DNA of 64,000 nucleotides from Mobula hypostoma. Taxonomy: Eukaryota. The notes under the pieces were generated by a model, which searched no databases, was not told where the DNA came from, and saw nothing but the letters and a program-made list of their open reading frames with translations. The DNA is taken from NCBI RefSeq assembly GCF_963921235.1, contig NC_086097.1:242732001-242796000 (forward strand). The letters run 5' to 3'. Numbering within the stretch: the stretch's first letter is position 1; each line of letters starts with the position of its first letter. The position numbers were made by a program, and so were the translations under genes. Positions 63,818-64,000 of this stretch are shown one piece after another.

Positions 63818-63957
63818 GACAGTTGATGTTTTAGGGCTGAGACTCTGAAAAGTCAACCGTTTATTCCTTTCTGCAGATGCTGCCTAACCTGTTGATTTCC
63901 TCCAGTACCTTGCATGTGTTACTCTGGATTTCCATAATCTTCAGAATCTCTTATGTT
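63818..63957 (+). mobile_element. Decayed PLE pseudo-LTR with the inversion point inside the hammerhead
   Basis: acagttgatgttttagggctgagac (minus) fused to tgaaaagtcaaccgtttattcc (plus). Confidence 0.6.
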
Positions 63958-64000
63958 TATAATTATGCAATAGGTTACTGGGCAGCACCTACTCTGTCCT

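Overview
Eukaryotic genomic DNA, almost certainly a cartilaginous fish and probably a ray (inferred from the repeat repertoire). The window is intronic or intergenic and built almost entirely from transposable elements. It contains no recognisable intact host gene, rRNA, tRNA or CRISPR array. Elements present: many CR1 LINE copies of several families, Rex1/Babar-type LINE fragments, Penelope-like elements (PLEs), RTE-derived non-autonomous elements, tRNA-derived SINEs, a Gypsy provirus and solo LTRs, and Hero and Tx1 fragments. The centrepiece is a ~14.7 kb nested structure (29570-44279). A KIAA1586-like hAT DNA transposon is split by a full-length CR1, which is itself split by a full-length Nimb/I-group LINE and a 130-bp PLE unit carrying an intact minimal hammerhead ribozyme. 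Two MITEs sit in the hAT right arm. Hammerhead-bearing PLE pseudo-LTR mini-insertions with ~14-bp target duplications recur across the window. A few short unique islands may be enhancers or exons of a minus-strand transcript. All family assignments come from motif recognition by eye, not from database searches.
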